Shown here: piece by piece, positions 11,914 to 23,322 of the stretch
How the letters are laid out: the number at the start of each line of letters is the position of its first letter
Position numbering within the stretch: position 1 is the stretch's first letter
Assembly: GCF_018350175.1 (NCBI RefSeq)
Contig: NC_058368.1
Location: forward strand, 111,664,001 to 111,728,000
Source of the DNA: Felis catus
Taxonomy: Eukaryota
Direction of reading: 5' to 3'
DNA length: 64,000 nucleotides
Position numbers and translations under genes: made by a program
The notes under the pieces: model-generated
Seen by the model: the letters and a program-made list of their open reading frames with translations, nothing else
Databases searched by the model: none
Told to the model about the DNA's origin: nothing

Positions 11914-11935
11914 AATTTATTTATTTATTTTTTAA

Positions 11936-12130
11936 AGTGCCTGGGTGTCTCAGGGGGTTAAGCGTCTGACTCTTGATTTTGGCTCAGGTCATGATCTCGT
12001 GGTTTGTGAGATTGAGCCCTGTGCGGGGCTCTGCACTGACAGCAAGGACCCTGCTTGGGATTTTCTCTCACGTGTGCACACACGCCTGCTCTTTCTTTCT
12101 CTTTCTCTCAAAGTAAATAAATAACCTTAA
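11936..12130 (+). mobile_element. Can-SINE (SINEC)
   Basis: 'gtgcctgggtgtctcagggggttaagcgtctgactcttgattttggctcaggtcatgatctc...aaagtaaataaataa'. Confidence 0.9.
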
Positions 12131-12145
12131 AAAAAAGTGGCTTCT

Positions 12146-12349
12146 GGGTGCGCCTGGGTGGCTCAGTCGGTTAAGACCTGACTTCGGTTCAGGTCGTGAT
12201 CTTGGCGTTTCTTGGGTTTGAGCCCTACATTATGCTCTGTGCTGACAGCTCAGAGCCTGGAGCCTGCTTCAGATTCTGTGTCTCCCTCTCTCTCTGCCCC
12301 TTCCCTGCTTGCTCACACTCTCTTTCTCTCTGAAAAACAAATAAACATT
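12146..12349 (+). mobile_element. Can-SINE SINEC_Fc with 15-bp TSD
   Basis: Full head to tail; TSD aaaaaagtggcttct at 12131-12145 and 12350-12364. Confidence 0.95.
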
Positions 12350-12479
12350 AAAAAAGTGGCTTCTAGAAAATTAATAATATATGTGACTCATGTTATATTT
12401 CTATCACACAGTGTGGATCTAGACCTTTCTGTGACCCTTGCTCAAGTCTGAGGCTGTTAGATAATCTGATGGGGCTATC

Positions 12480-12680
12480 GCTTATTGGACACTTACATGT
12501 GCCAGACTCTGTGCTAAGACCTTTATCTGTTACCTGTTCTCCCAAGAGTCCTGTGAGGTAGATACTATTATTCCACTTAAAATATAAGGAGTGTGAATCT
12601 CCGAGTGGTGCACTAACTTGCTCAGGGTCACACAGCTAAAATGGAGCAGAGCTGAGACCCTATAATTGGACAGGCTGGGT
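12480..12680 (-). mobile_element. MIR SINE
   Basis: 'ttattggacacttacatgtgccagactctgtgctaag...cctgtgaggtagatactattattcc...taacttgctcagggtcacacagcta'. Confidence 0.8.
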
Positions 12681-12989
12681 TAAAGCTCCCTCCTGGCCCC
12701 CATGACCACTGTCCCACATTATTCGACTCCAGCCCCCATGAGTTCAGTGCTCATCTTGAAGCTCAGTATCCCAGAGCCGAGTCAGCAAGTGACCACGAGG
12801 ACGCTAAGAATCCGTGGGGAATCATGCCCTTGGGTTTCTCTCTGGGGCACGTTTTGGAGAGGAGGTGAGTCCTGGGAGTGCTTGGGGTGTATCAGCACGC
12901 TGGTTTAAGGGCACGGTCTCCAATTCTGGGAGCATAACTTAAGCCTACATCCCAGCTGCATGCAGCCTTGTCTCATTCTGTGCCAGTCT

Positions 12990-13150
12990 TTTCACCAACA
13001 TCATGAGCTGACAGCCACACCAAGATTGTTCTGTCCATTACGCAGATGAGCAAACTGAGCCTCAGATGGGCGCCATGGCTTCCCCAAGATCATAGTGAGA
13101 GCTGGTACTCGAGCCCGGGATTGTGGTTATAAATGCACAGTTCTTTCCCC
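12990..13150 (-). mobile_element. MIR fragment
   Basis: 'ccattacgcagatgagcaaactgagcctcaga...ccccaagatcata'. Confidence 0.6.
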
Positions 13151-13342
13151 TAACTAAATCTGGCTCTAAACACAGATAAAGTAAAAGTTCTCATAGGGTT
13201 TGTAGTTGGGGGAGCGAGTTCCACAGGATCACCTTCATGGTGCTGAAACCATTGTCTGTTACAGTACTAGATATGCTTCCATTAGGATGTGATTTCTGTC
13301 AGGTAAGTCAGCCTCCCAGCAAGTGGGTTCTAAGAAGATCCC

Positions 13343-13510
13343 TTTTCTTTTCTTTTCTTTTCTTTTCTTTTCTTTTCTTTTCTTTTCTTTTCTTTTCTTT
13401 TCTTTTCTTTTCTTTTCTTTTCTTTTCTTTTCTTTTCTTTTCTTTTCTTTTCTTTTCTTTTCTTTTCTTTTCTTTTCCTTTCTTTTCTTTTCTTTTCTTT
13501 TCTTTTCTTT
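13343..13510. repeat. (TTTTC)n pentanucleotide microsatellite, ~33 units
   Basis: Direct reading; one variant unit near 13475. Confidence 0.97.
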
Positions 13511-13727
13511 TTTAATTTTTTTTTAACGTTTATTTACTTTTGGGACAGAGAGAGACGGAGCATGAATGGGGGAGGGGCAGAGAGAGAGGGAGACACAGAA
13601 TCCGAAGCAGGCTCCAGGCTCTGAGCCATCAGTCCAAAGCCCGATGCGGGGCTCGAACTCACGAACCGCGAGATCGTGACCTGAGCTGAAGTCAGATGCT
13701 TAACCGACTGAGCCACCCAGGCGCCCC
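13511..13727 (-). mobile_element. Can-SINE SINEC_Fc
   Basis: Full-length antisense; TSD agaaga[t/g]cccttt at 13333-13345 and 13728-13740 encloses SINE plus microsatellite. Confidence 0.95.
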
Positions 13728-16454
13728 AGAAGAGCCCTTTCTGAATGGGCGAAGGGCAATGGCATTGTAGCAGGGAGGGGACCAGGGCAGTCTGGCAAGT
13801 GGGCGAGATGGGACTGCTCAGGGTGGAAAGGAGGCAGACCCCTGTTTGTCTTTCGCTGTGCTGACCCTGAGGTGAGAGATCTCTTTCCTGGGTTTTCTCT
13901 GGATGCCGGAGAGCAGACAGTGCCGGGTAGGAGGTCCTCAGAGGAAGCAGGTCTTGGGCTTGCCTGGTTCTTGGCTCTAGGCTCCCGTGGCTTTTGGAGC
14001 AGTGGGCCATGTCCTCAGACTCCTATTTACTGCCCTTGTGTTCCGGGGCACCTTATGTCCCCCGTCTAAACTTCGGTTTTCTCACTTGTAAAATGGGATT
14101 TCACCTTCCGGGGTGAGGGGTTAGCCCAGAGCATATGAAACACCTGGCATCTGGTGGCACAGGAGACGCTGGGACTCGCTTGTTCTTTGGGGTGCTCCTT
14201 GTCTTTACAAAGGGAATTGGGACCCCAGGCTGCAGCGTTTTTTTCCTGGTCTTCCAAGCTCTCAGGGCAGGAAGCAGGACTGTGGGTTCTCTCTGGGTCC
14301 AAACTTGATGTTAGGTTTGAATGCTTGAGTTTTCTCACCAGAAAATTGGTAGCACTGCCAGTATGCTGGGGCTGAGTGGGGTGGGTGTTGCCAAAATCCC
14401 AGGTATTCAGAGATTGGTCCTGCTGAGCTGGAGAGAGACCCCTATGGGAAAAAATATGCCTAATGTCACCTTCATACAAAGTTGTTTCTTAAGGGGCTGG
14501 CTGGTTATAGCACCTAATTTTTTCAAAAGTATCAGTCAAGCAGGGGCCAAAGGGTATCACTCCCCCCCACCCCCGAAGTCCCTAAGGCAACGCAGTCTTC
14601 CAGAAGAGACTGCAAATTCTGGATTGTATAAACACTTTCTGCGCAGGAAGCGTCTATGGGAGATCTCATTCTAGCCAATCTGTCTTCCAGGTAAAGAACC
14701 TGGCCTGCCCTGCCAGCCAAGGCCCCAGGGCCAGGACCTGAGGCTCAGAGTGGCCTAAGCCTTGCAGGGAAAGCCAGTGATGCTGATCATTGCTTGTGCC
14801 TGGTTGGTGCTGAAGAGTGCTTCGGGGATCCCTTGTTTCCCTCCTTTCCCCCCTCCTTTCCACCTTGGTCACTGGGTACCCAAAGGCCCTTCCTGACAGA
14901 CACAAGGGGTCCACTTGTGCAGAGCCAATATGTGCCCTCTCTTCCCTCTCCCTGGGCTGCTGCATCAAATTAGGGCCCAGATTGAAAAGCGAAGCTGTAC
15001 CCAGCCACCAAGCAGAAAGGCCCCTTCTTCTGTCCCAGGGCCCAGGTAAGGAGGAGGGTGAGCAGACTGAGAGCTGATGGTGCTGGGCTCTTGGCCCTTT
15101 AAGACCCTGGCCTCCCTGGCCGGCGTGGATGGTAAGCCCAGGCAGCTCCTTGAGTCTGCTGATGGTCACTGGGTGATAAGCGGTAAAGCCTGGCTCCTTC
15201 TGCCTTTGAACTAAGCGCTCTGTCTCTTTCCCGCCTGGGAGCCGTTTTGAACTGTCAGTTCCTGGGGATTAGATGCATGTTTAGGCTGGATGAACTCATG
15301 AATGAAAATATTTTGCTTCGTGGTTTCAGCAACAGCGTCCTGCATAGTGGGCCCCCTTTGCTCTCCTCTCCCTCACTAGCACCACCCACCCAGGTCCACT
15401 CTAATAGCAGGGCCAGGGCCCTGCCAGCAGCCCTCAGGGTGCCCCCTGACACTTTGGACAGGGCCACTATGCTATGATGAGACCAGGTGGCTGGCCGCTT
15501 TTAGACCAGGTGAGCACTTTCTTGATATTTTTTCCCCCAGATCCATGATACTATCTTTAGCACAGGATGGCAGTGGGGTGGCCCCAGGCTCTTCCGTTTG
15601 TGAGCAAAGGCAGGGCTGGAAAAAAGGAATTGGCCATGGGCTTATGTACTTCAGTCAGCTTTGATTCCAGTGCTACGGGCTTCTTGAGCTCTGGTGGTGC
15701 AAGTCATGTGGTTGGGGAGCGGAGTCCTGTAATCGGGGAAGTGGTATCTTGGAAGAGACAGGAAGATCAGAGTTCCAATTTCAGCGAGGCCTCTTAGTTG
15801 GGTGATCTTGAGAAGGTCACATAACTGCTTCCTGCCCCCACATCAGAGATGAGAATGCTGAGATTCCCGCATCTCTTGTCAAGTTGCTCTGAGAGTTTTA
15901 GGGTGTGAAGTGCAACCAGTGTGCCTGGTGTGGAGTCAGCATTGCATCACTGGGCTTGGCCTGGCCAGGAGCCTCGGTGAACATGCACTCGATGTCCCCT
16001 CTGCCCCATGCTGCAAGAATGAGGAAGACCCAAGGAAAGTGCTTACTCGGCCTCTTTGTGATGGATGAAGTCATGAGCTCTTAAGTGAATTAATGCAACA
16101 ATAATTAATAGAGGAGGGCTGTTACTGGCCGGGTTACACCCGTGGCTGGTTCCACCATATCATCTTTATCATCATGTGGCTTTGGAGCTCCATGGACACG
16201 TGAGGTCAGCAGGCACTGTCCAGGGGATACCTATCTCCTACCACCTTCTACAGGGGGTGCTGGGGGCTTCCTGTAAAGGGCATCCATTGGTAGCTATTAG
16301 GAATCTGTTTGGGGGGTGCAGTGGGTTACACTGCTTGGTGAATAGTTGAGGTTCAAAACAAGCTTTGGGGTAGTGGCTGGCAGCTAGTGACCTAGCCTGG
16401 CTGGGTGGGGAATATAAGTGCATGCATAGACCTAGGTTATGACTGATACCAACT

Positions 16455-16456
<2 letters not shown>

Positions 16457-16502
<46 letters not shown>
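16457..16502. repeat. (TG)23 microsatellite
   Basis: Direct reading. Confidence 0.97.
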
Positions 16503-16503
<1 letters not shown>

Positions 16504-16664
16504 TGGAGGGGGGTGTGGTAGGATGAAGGTAGACCTGGGAGTATCATTGGAGGATTTTTCCTGTCTTGACTCCTGGTTAGAGGCTTTATCAGTGAACAGT
16601 TGATATTTTGTGTAAGTACTATAGACGTCAAACTTTAGAAGAACTGGAGCAAACAGAATAGAGG

Positions 16665-17465
16665 GAACCATTGTTAACATTTTGAAGTCTTCTAGTCTTT
16701 TTGTTTCTATGTGTACATCTTTTTCTTATAAAACCGTATGAACCATTTTTATAACTTATTCTCACTTAGCAACGTATCATAGTATATATTGTTATGTGTA
16801 TCTCCATATACCATGGGAGCCTTTCACATTCTGCACCATCATTTGCCAGGAGTGCTGGTGGCCCAGGGTATAAATGTACTTCAGTTCTCAAAACCACTCT
16901 TCTATTTGATTATGTGGTTATTTCTGTGTGTCTGCCCTCAGCAACCACACTGTGATAAACATCTTTGTGTGAGCATCACTCCTACAATTGTTTCCTTAAG
17001 ATAAGTGCTTAGGAGTGAAACTTGTGAAAAAGGTACCTGTGTTTTTTGGGTTTCTGATGCCTTTTGCTAAGTTGCCTTCCAAAAAAGTTAGGCTAGTTTA
17101 CATTCCCACCAGGAGTGTTGGAGAGTGTTTGCTTCCCTTTACTCTCCCCAACATTTGGTATCAAATGTTTAAAGTTTAAATATCTCCTCTGTTTTCCTAG
17201 AGAAAAAAGGGGATGTCTTATTGTTTTAATTTGCCTTTTTTTTTATTACTTAAAATGTATTTTTGTGTGGTTCCTCACCACTTACTATTGCCTGAATTAG
17301 CTGTCTACATAATTTTCTCATTTCTCATGGAATGTTTTTCCTGTTAGTGATTTATATGAGCTCTTTACATATTAAGGATACGTATAAGGATAATATATCT
17401 TATGAATATCTGAATGTTGATCACACATCTCCCTCATTCATTTGTTTAGATTTTTTTTTTTAATT
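16665..17465 (-). mobile_element. Old L1 (L1ME-like) 3' region, antisense
   Basis: 'gataaacatctttgtg...ttccttaagataag...gttgccttccaaaaaag...tttacattcccaccaggagtgttggagagtg...ttgttttaatttgc'. Confidence 0.75.
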
Positions 17466-19146
17466 CCAGATTCTGTTAAGGGTAGTTGTGTACTGGTGAT
17501 TAACCCTTGTTTGCCCCCTAATTCAGAGGAGCTTAGAGCTTGTGGGATGATGAAGTATGGCCCTAACCAGGTGGGCTAGGACAGTTACACCCAGTTCTGA
17601 TTGGAAATGAGGAAGGAAAGGTTAGGGTCGGCAGGTCAGAGAATGTGGGCATCCTGGAAGTAGCATTGGAAATGGGTCTTGAAAGAGGTACTGTCTACAG
17701 GTATGGGGTGGGGAGGGCACTGGAGGTGAGCGAGAGGGAGCACGACTGAAACATGAAGGTGGGACCGAGCATAGAGCATAACCTTGGAATCGGCTGAGGT
17801 TGTAAGTGACCAAACAGATTTATTCAGGGCTAGCTGTAGGGGGATAGGATGCTTGGTGAGGGGGGGTGACAATGATGCGGGGAGGGGAGTCTCCCCCTTT
17901 CCCTCTGATTCCATGTAGGATTTTCTTTCCCAAGTAGAAGCAGCACTGTCCTTTACCCGTTCTGCATACATTCCTTGTGCCTGGCTACATGTTTTTTAGG
18001 GGAACTTGCCCACAGTGGAGGGGGCGATGGTGGGGTATGCGCTCCTGGGTCAAAACCCCCTTTGGGGTGTTAAATCCTTTTTAGAGAAAATAATTGAGGT
18101 CCAGAAAGGCAAGGGGACCATGTGTGTGTCAGCTTGTGGGGGGCCTTTAGAACTATGACCTAGGAGAGCCAGAATCATGTCAGGGTAAGGAGGGAGCCAG
18201 CTACCTGTCTTAGTGACCTGGGAAGCAGAGGAGAGGCTTCTGGGCTGCTTGGGATGAGAGCCATGTAACTGCCCTGGCCATGAAGCCAGGGGCTCACCCT
18301 GCAAAGTCAGGGCAGGAGCAGCCCTGGATCTTTGACCCTGACCGTGCTTCCTCCTCAGGGCCAGGGTCTCGCCCTGGGAGACCGGTCAGATAAAGTGGGC
18401 AGGGCCTGTCCAGGGTGGGGTGTGCACACAGTGGAGGGACTCGGAGTCTTTGGTGAGCCTCCCGTCTGTGTGAAGCATTGTCGAGGCCCAGGCAGGCACT
18501 GGAGGAGCGGGAGGGGGTGCTGGGCCTCATGCCTGGGGCCAGTGGTCTAATTGGGAGATGGGATGGGGCCCCTTTGGTCCAGAGGTCAGGACGCGGGGCT
18601 GTGGGATTGTTGCTTCAGCTGGTATTGATCAAGCACAGACGATAGCCCAGGCAAGAGTTGGGGACACAGCCTGGGTGAAGAGGCTAAACCAGCCTCTGCC
18701 CTTGGGGTCACAGTCCTATGAGGACAGCCCACCAGAAGCAGGGAGTGGCAAACTGCTGACCACGGTGGCACGGGGGGCTGTGGGAGTATGGGCGGGGGTG
18801 GGGGGGGAGGGAGGAGTGGCGTGGGAGAGCACTGGAAGGAAGGCATGTCCGGGTTGAGGCCTGAAGAGGGAGTAGCTATTAGACCGGTAAGGGAAGAGAA
18901 TGTGTATGTAAGAGACGGGTGGCTTCCTGCAGTCCTGATAGGCTTCTCTGGTAGCGCTCGGGCCTTTGGTGGATGTTTGAGGGTGGAGAGGCACCCCAGG
19001 TTGGAATCTGGCCCTGGGAAACAGGCAGGGAAGCACCGAGGAAGGGGCGTTCGCCCCACCTGCGGTGGCACAGAGCTACCCTCCACAGGCAGGAGTAGTG
19101 GGTGAGGGCAATGTCATGCCCTCTCTCCACTCTGAAGTCTCAAAGC

Positions 19147-19530
19147 ATTCATTCATTCATTCCTTCATTCATTTATGTTTATTTTGAGAAAGAGGGTGCA
19201 AGTGCTCAGGGGACGGGCGGAGAGAGAATCCCAAGCGGGCTCTGCACTGTCAGCACAGAGCCCGGTACGGGGCTTGAACTCTTACAACTGTGAGTTCATG
19301 ACCTAAGCTGAAACAGAAAGCACGAATGGGAGAGGGACAGAGAGAGAGGGAGACACAGAATAGGAAGCAGGCGCCAGGCTCTGAGCTGTCAGCACAGAGC
19401 CTGACGCGGGGCTTGAACCCATGAGCTATGAGATCATGACCTGAGCTGAAATCGGACGCTTAACTGACTGAGCCACCCAGGTGACCCCCAAGAGTTAGAC
19501 GTTTAACCAGCTGAGCCACCGAGGTGCCCC
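19147..19530 (-). mobile_element. Two nested Can-SINEs (outer 19147-19313 + 19488-19530; inner 19314-19487)
   Basis: Outer sequence 'acctaagctgaaa|ccaagagttagacgttt' is split by a second SINE body. Confidence 0.85.
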
Positions 19531-20234
19531 TGAAGCACGCAATTTTGATCTTCTTTGGGAGGAGTCCCTTGGAAGGCTGGAGGAGCATGTCCTTGGATTC
19601 AGAAGGTGCTCATGCTGTGCATCTCACCCTTCCAGGAGGACCTAGGTGACATGGAGCCAGCAGCACCCCTGCTGTGCGGGGCGTGAGATGTTAGCTTGGG
19701 GAGGAGGCATGTCCCTGCCCGGCTCTGCTCTTCTCACTCCCAGGAGCCTCTGGGGTCTCATTGTTGCTGCTTGCTCCCTCCATGCTGCTTTCTCACCTCT
19801 ACACCTTTGCCTGTCTGGCTTCCTCTACCAGATCTCTGTCCTGTTTATTGAAGTCCTCTTCATCCTTCCAGGTGGACAAAGCTCGCTTCCTCCCAGAAGG
19901 CTCCCCAGCTTTCCTAGCCATCTCAGGCAGCGCATGGCCATCCTCGCCCAGGGCTGGTGGTTGTCACCACCCCGCTGTTGCCCTGTGTTTGAACTGGTTC
20001 TGTGAGCTCAGAACTAGTAGCCAAGGGGTTCCTCCAGCCCACCTGTCCCTCCTCCATGGGTCCTCACAGGGCCTGGCCCCCTTGCACTTTGGGGGCTCAG
20101 GTGTCCATGAGGGAAGCGACGTAGATTCATGAGGTAGCATTTCCTAGAGACCTGGCAGGAGTTGCTCAGTGGACATCTCCCTACCCCCATTGTTTGAGGG
20201 TAGAACAATAATGAATGAAGAGCAAGCAACAGTG

Positions 20235-20420
20235 TGAAAGGGTCAGGAACACAGTCTCAGCTGCTCAGACTTACCCTCTTACTTGCTGTGTGACCTCAGG
20301 CAAATTATTTAACCTTTCTGAATCTCCATTTCCTCATCACTTTAATGGAGACAAAAATGCGCCTTGGGGTGTTGTGAGCCCTGAAAGAGATAATGGGTGT
20401 GTAACCCTCATTGCCCCAGG
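20235..20420 (+). mobile_element. MIR SINE
   Basis: 'cttacttgctgtgtgacctcaggcaaattatttaacctttctgaatctccatttcctcatc...aatggaga'. Confidence 0.8.
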
Positions 20421-21964
20421 GACCCACACACTGTCTCCACACGGTCCTGCAGCCAGAAGTAATGAGAAAGCTGTCCCATCCCTGGCTTGTCCTCTGCAGG
20501 AAAGTTGCAGGTTGTGAGCCTCTATCCTGTGTAGTTCCCTCCCACACCCAGCTTTTCCTTTGCTCTTTGTGCCCCCTGCACCCCACCCTTTAATGATTCG
20601 ATGGGCCATCCTCCAACTCAGTGTCTCCAGCTCCTGGGCAGAAATAGGCTGAGGGACCTCAAACTCTCTTAGAGTGGGCATGGGGAGAGAGGGATACGTA
20701 CATGTGGATGGATGCACCATCAGAGATGTGCAAGGTCCTGGCCCATCATTAATGCTTTGTAGACGTAAGGCTCACAACTCAATCCAGTAAATGTTCACGG
20801 ACTACCTGTCATGTGCCAGGCACCAGGTTTGATTTTGGTCTCTAAGGCACTTTGAGGGAGGTGGTGGTCAGGCTGTTGGTCAGCTGTAGTGTAGTGAAAC
20901 TTAGGTCACACACACTGCCTCCAGGTTGTAGAACTCGAGGGTGCTCATCACTCCCAGGGCTGGCAGTGAAATGCCAGCGGCGTGCCAGGCTAGGTGGGGG
21001 GCTCTGGTGGGGGGGGGGGGAAGCCCCTCACAGTCTTACCCTTGTTCCAGGGTCCGACAGGGAGACTGTTTGGATGAGGACAGAACAGGGTGAGGGCAGG
21101 TGATGGGCAGCTTCTCAATGAACAGGATTAAATATTTACATTAGGTAAAGATGAGGGTTAAGTGCCTCAGCGGCAGGCAAGGGAAAGCAGGGAATTGCTG
21201 CTGGGGCAGCTCCAAAGAGCTTTTGAGAGCTGCAGGAGGGAGGACCCTCTTCGGGGGCTCCGTGGAACCGGCGGCAAGGGGCTGGGGCCAGAGCGCGAGT
21301 GAGGGGCCGCGTCTCCTGTGAGATGTGTGAGAATGTGTGGTGGCCAGGAATGTGGGCGCCACATATTTTTGTGTAATTAGGTTGGCTCCTCCGCTGCGGC
21401 TGCAATTAGCTGCAGGCGGGTGACAGGACTTCCTGCAGCCAAGGTCACTGCTGCACCTGGGGCGGCTTACCTGGGCTCCTGCTGTCCGGGCCCGGCCTGT
21501 GCAGTTTCCGGCAGGGGCAGCCAAGAGGCAGGTGGGGCTGTTGGGACTCCAGGGCCACAGCTCCTACCTCGCAGCAGGAGGATGAAATTGTCCTGGCCCT
21601 CCTCCCGCTGTTCAACCCTATTTACTTACCTCTTCTCTGAGGCACAGCTGGATGGGGGTCCCTTGCTCCCTCCTGTCACCTTTTAGGTGGCCGTTCTGAG
21701 TTTTTGCCACTTTCTCTGCATGTGAATAGCACTGTCAGTATCCTGGAGGTAATGAGCATCATGATGGGTCAGTGAATGCCTTTATGCCTCCTTCCATGGA
21801 GAGCTCAGTGGCAGGAATATTCTGAGAATTTGGATTGCTCTTTTGAGGAGCTCAACCTATCCTGCCTTAGTGGAGAGATGTAAAAAAAAAAAAAAGAAAA
21901 AAAGAAAAAAACGAGGATTAATGCTGCTACTTTGTTTCTCTTTAGCATCCAGGGAATACTACTT

Positions 21965-22387
21965 TTTCTTTTTTTTAATGTTTATTTATTTATTTTTATT
22001 TATTTTTTTCAACGTTTATTTATTTTTGGGACAGAGAGAGACAGAGCATGAACGGGGGAGGGGCAGAGAGAGAGGGAGACACAGAATCGGAAACAGGCTC
22101 CAGGCTCCGAGCCATCAGCCCAGAGCCTGACGCGGGGCTCGAACTCACGGACCGCGAGATCATGACCTGGCTGAAGTCGGATGCTTAACCGACTGCGCCA
22201 CCCAGGCGCCCCTTAATGTTTATTTTTGATAGAGAGGCAGAGAGAGAGGGAGACACAGAATCTGAAGCAGGCTCCAGGCCCTGAGCTGTCAGCACAGAAC
22301 CCGACACGGGGCTCTAACCCACGAACTCTGAGATCATGACCTGAGCTTAAGTCAGATGCTCAACCGACTGAGCCACCCAGGCATCCC
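21965..22387 (-). mobile_element. Can-SINE (outer, older) hosting a second SINE in its tail
   Basis: TSD ccagggaata[c/t]tactt at 21949-21964 and 22388-22403; body 22226-22387. Confidence 0.9.
21988..22212 (-). mobile_element. Can-SINE SINEC_Fc, very young, near-consensus
   Basis: CpGs largely intact; perfect TSD ttaatgtttattt at 21975-21987 and 22213-22225. Confidence 0.95.
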
Positions 22388-22499
22388 CCAGGGAATATTA
22401 CTTGATTCATTTAATTTCAGCAGCAGCAATAACAGCCACTGTCTTTGTGATCTTCCCTGGCTCTGCTGGTGTGGTCTCTGCTAAAATGGTGAGATCGTA

Positions 22500-22625
22500 G
22501 ATGTGAAGCATTGGACGCAGGAGAGTGACTCTTGCCATTTTGAGGTACAGACGGGAGAAACTGGAGGTTAGAGTAGGGAGCTGTTTGCTCAGGGCCACAT
22601 GGGGAAGCCAGTAGTGGCCTAGGGC
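22500..22625 (-). mobile_element. MIR fragment
   Basis: 'tacagacgggagaaactggaggttagag...tttgctcagggccacat'. Confidence 0.55.
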
Positions 22626-23322
22626 CACCGTGGACCAAGTGGGACCATACTCAGGCTTTCACATCTCAGCAAGGGTGGGGTGGAGCCTGAGATGAGGCTG
22701 GCGTCTGGGCTCTTCCACCATGCCAGGCTGGGAAGGAGAGGGTAATTTGCCTGGTGGCTGTCACACTGGGCAAGGGGAGTCGGTGTGGTGCCTCCTGTAG
22801 GAAGGCCCTGACTGAGGCTCAATGCTGGTGAGTTTGGGGGTATAGGTTTGGGAGGGGGCACAGGCTGCCTGCCCTCTCAGGCCACTGTCTCAAGGCTGGA
22901 CTGAGTCCCGGGTCTTGCCTCCCTTGCTGTGCACCCCAGAGTTGGAAAATGGTCTAAAAATCTTTGCAGTGATGGCCTTCCTCAGGTTGCCCAGCCTTCT
23001 CCTTGGGGAACCCAAAGCAGCGAGGGTAAAGACCACCTTCTATGAAAGCACAAGTGCCCTTGGGTGTGAGGCCCTTAAGCACCCAGTTTCCCCGGGGCAC
23101 CACGAGATGAGATGGGGTGCCGTGTGATCCATGTGGAGTCATTAGTATGTGCCCAGCTCATGCTATTATTACTATTTTAAATGCTATGATGAAAAAAGGG
23201 TTCTAGTCTGAGAAGACAGTCTGCAGGGATAGGAGCTGACACCAGCTGCTGGCTCCGTCTATGCCTCCTTTCAGTTTGCATTCCTTGATAGGCTTAAGCC
23301 ACCTTCAGTAGGAATAAAACCC

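Larger units (their letters stand above)
10971..12415 (+). mobile_element. hAT-Charlie fossil (Charlie5/MER33/MER3 group) split by four Can-SINEs
   Basis: Left end 'ctgtccaagacagtagccactgg...gtggcttttgaacactt'; internal 'gtttggaacaacttgg..tgtgaa'; MER33-like 'aaaatatcccattagtaattttttatatt'; right end 'gtggcttctagaaaatt...atgtgactcatgttatatttctat' resumes after the SINEs. Confidence 0.75.

Noticed and set aside
12146..12225. tRNA-like A/B boxes (tggctcagtcgg...gttcgagcc) here and elsewhere
   Set aside because: tRNA-derived SINE heads, not tRNA genes
13237..13526. FFSFL-repeat ORFs
   Set aside because: Translation of the (TTTTC)n microsatellite
21630..21865. Minus-strand exon candidate (donor AG|GTAAGT at 21630/21629)
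   Set aside because: Its pyrimidine tract is only a simple A-rich run; no coding signal, and repeat orientation favours + strand transcription
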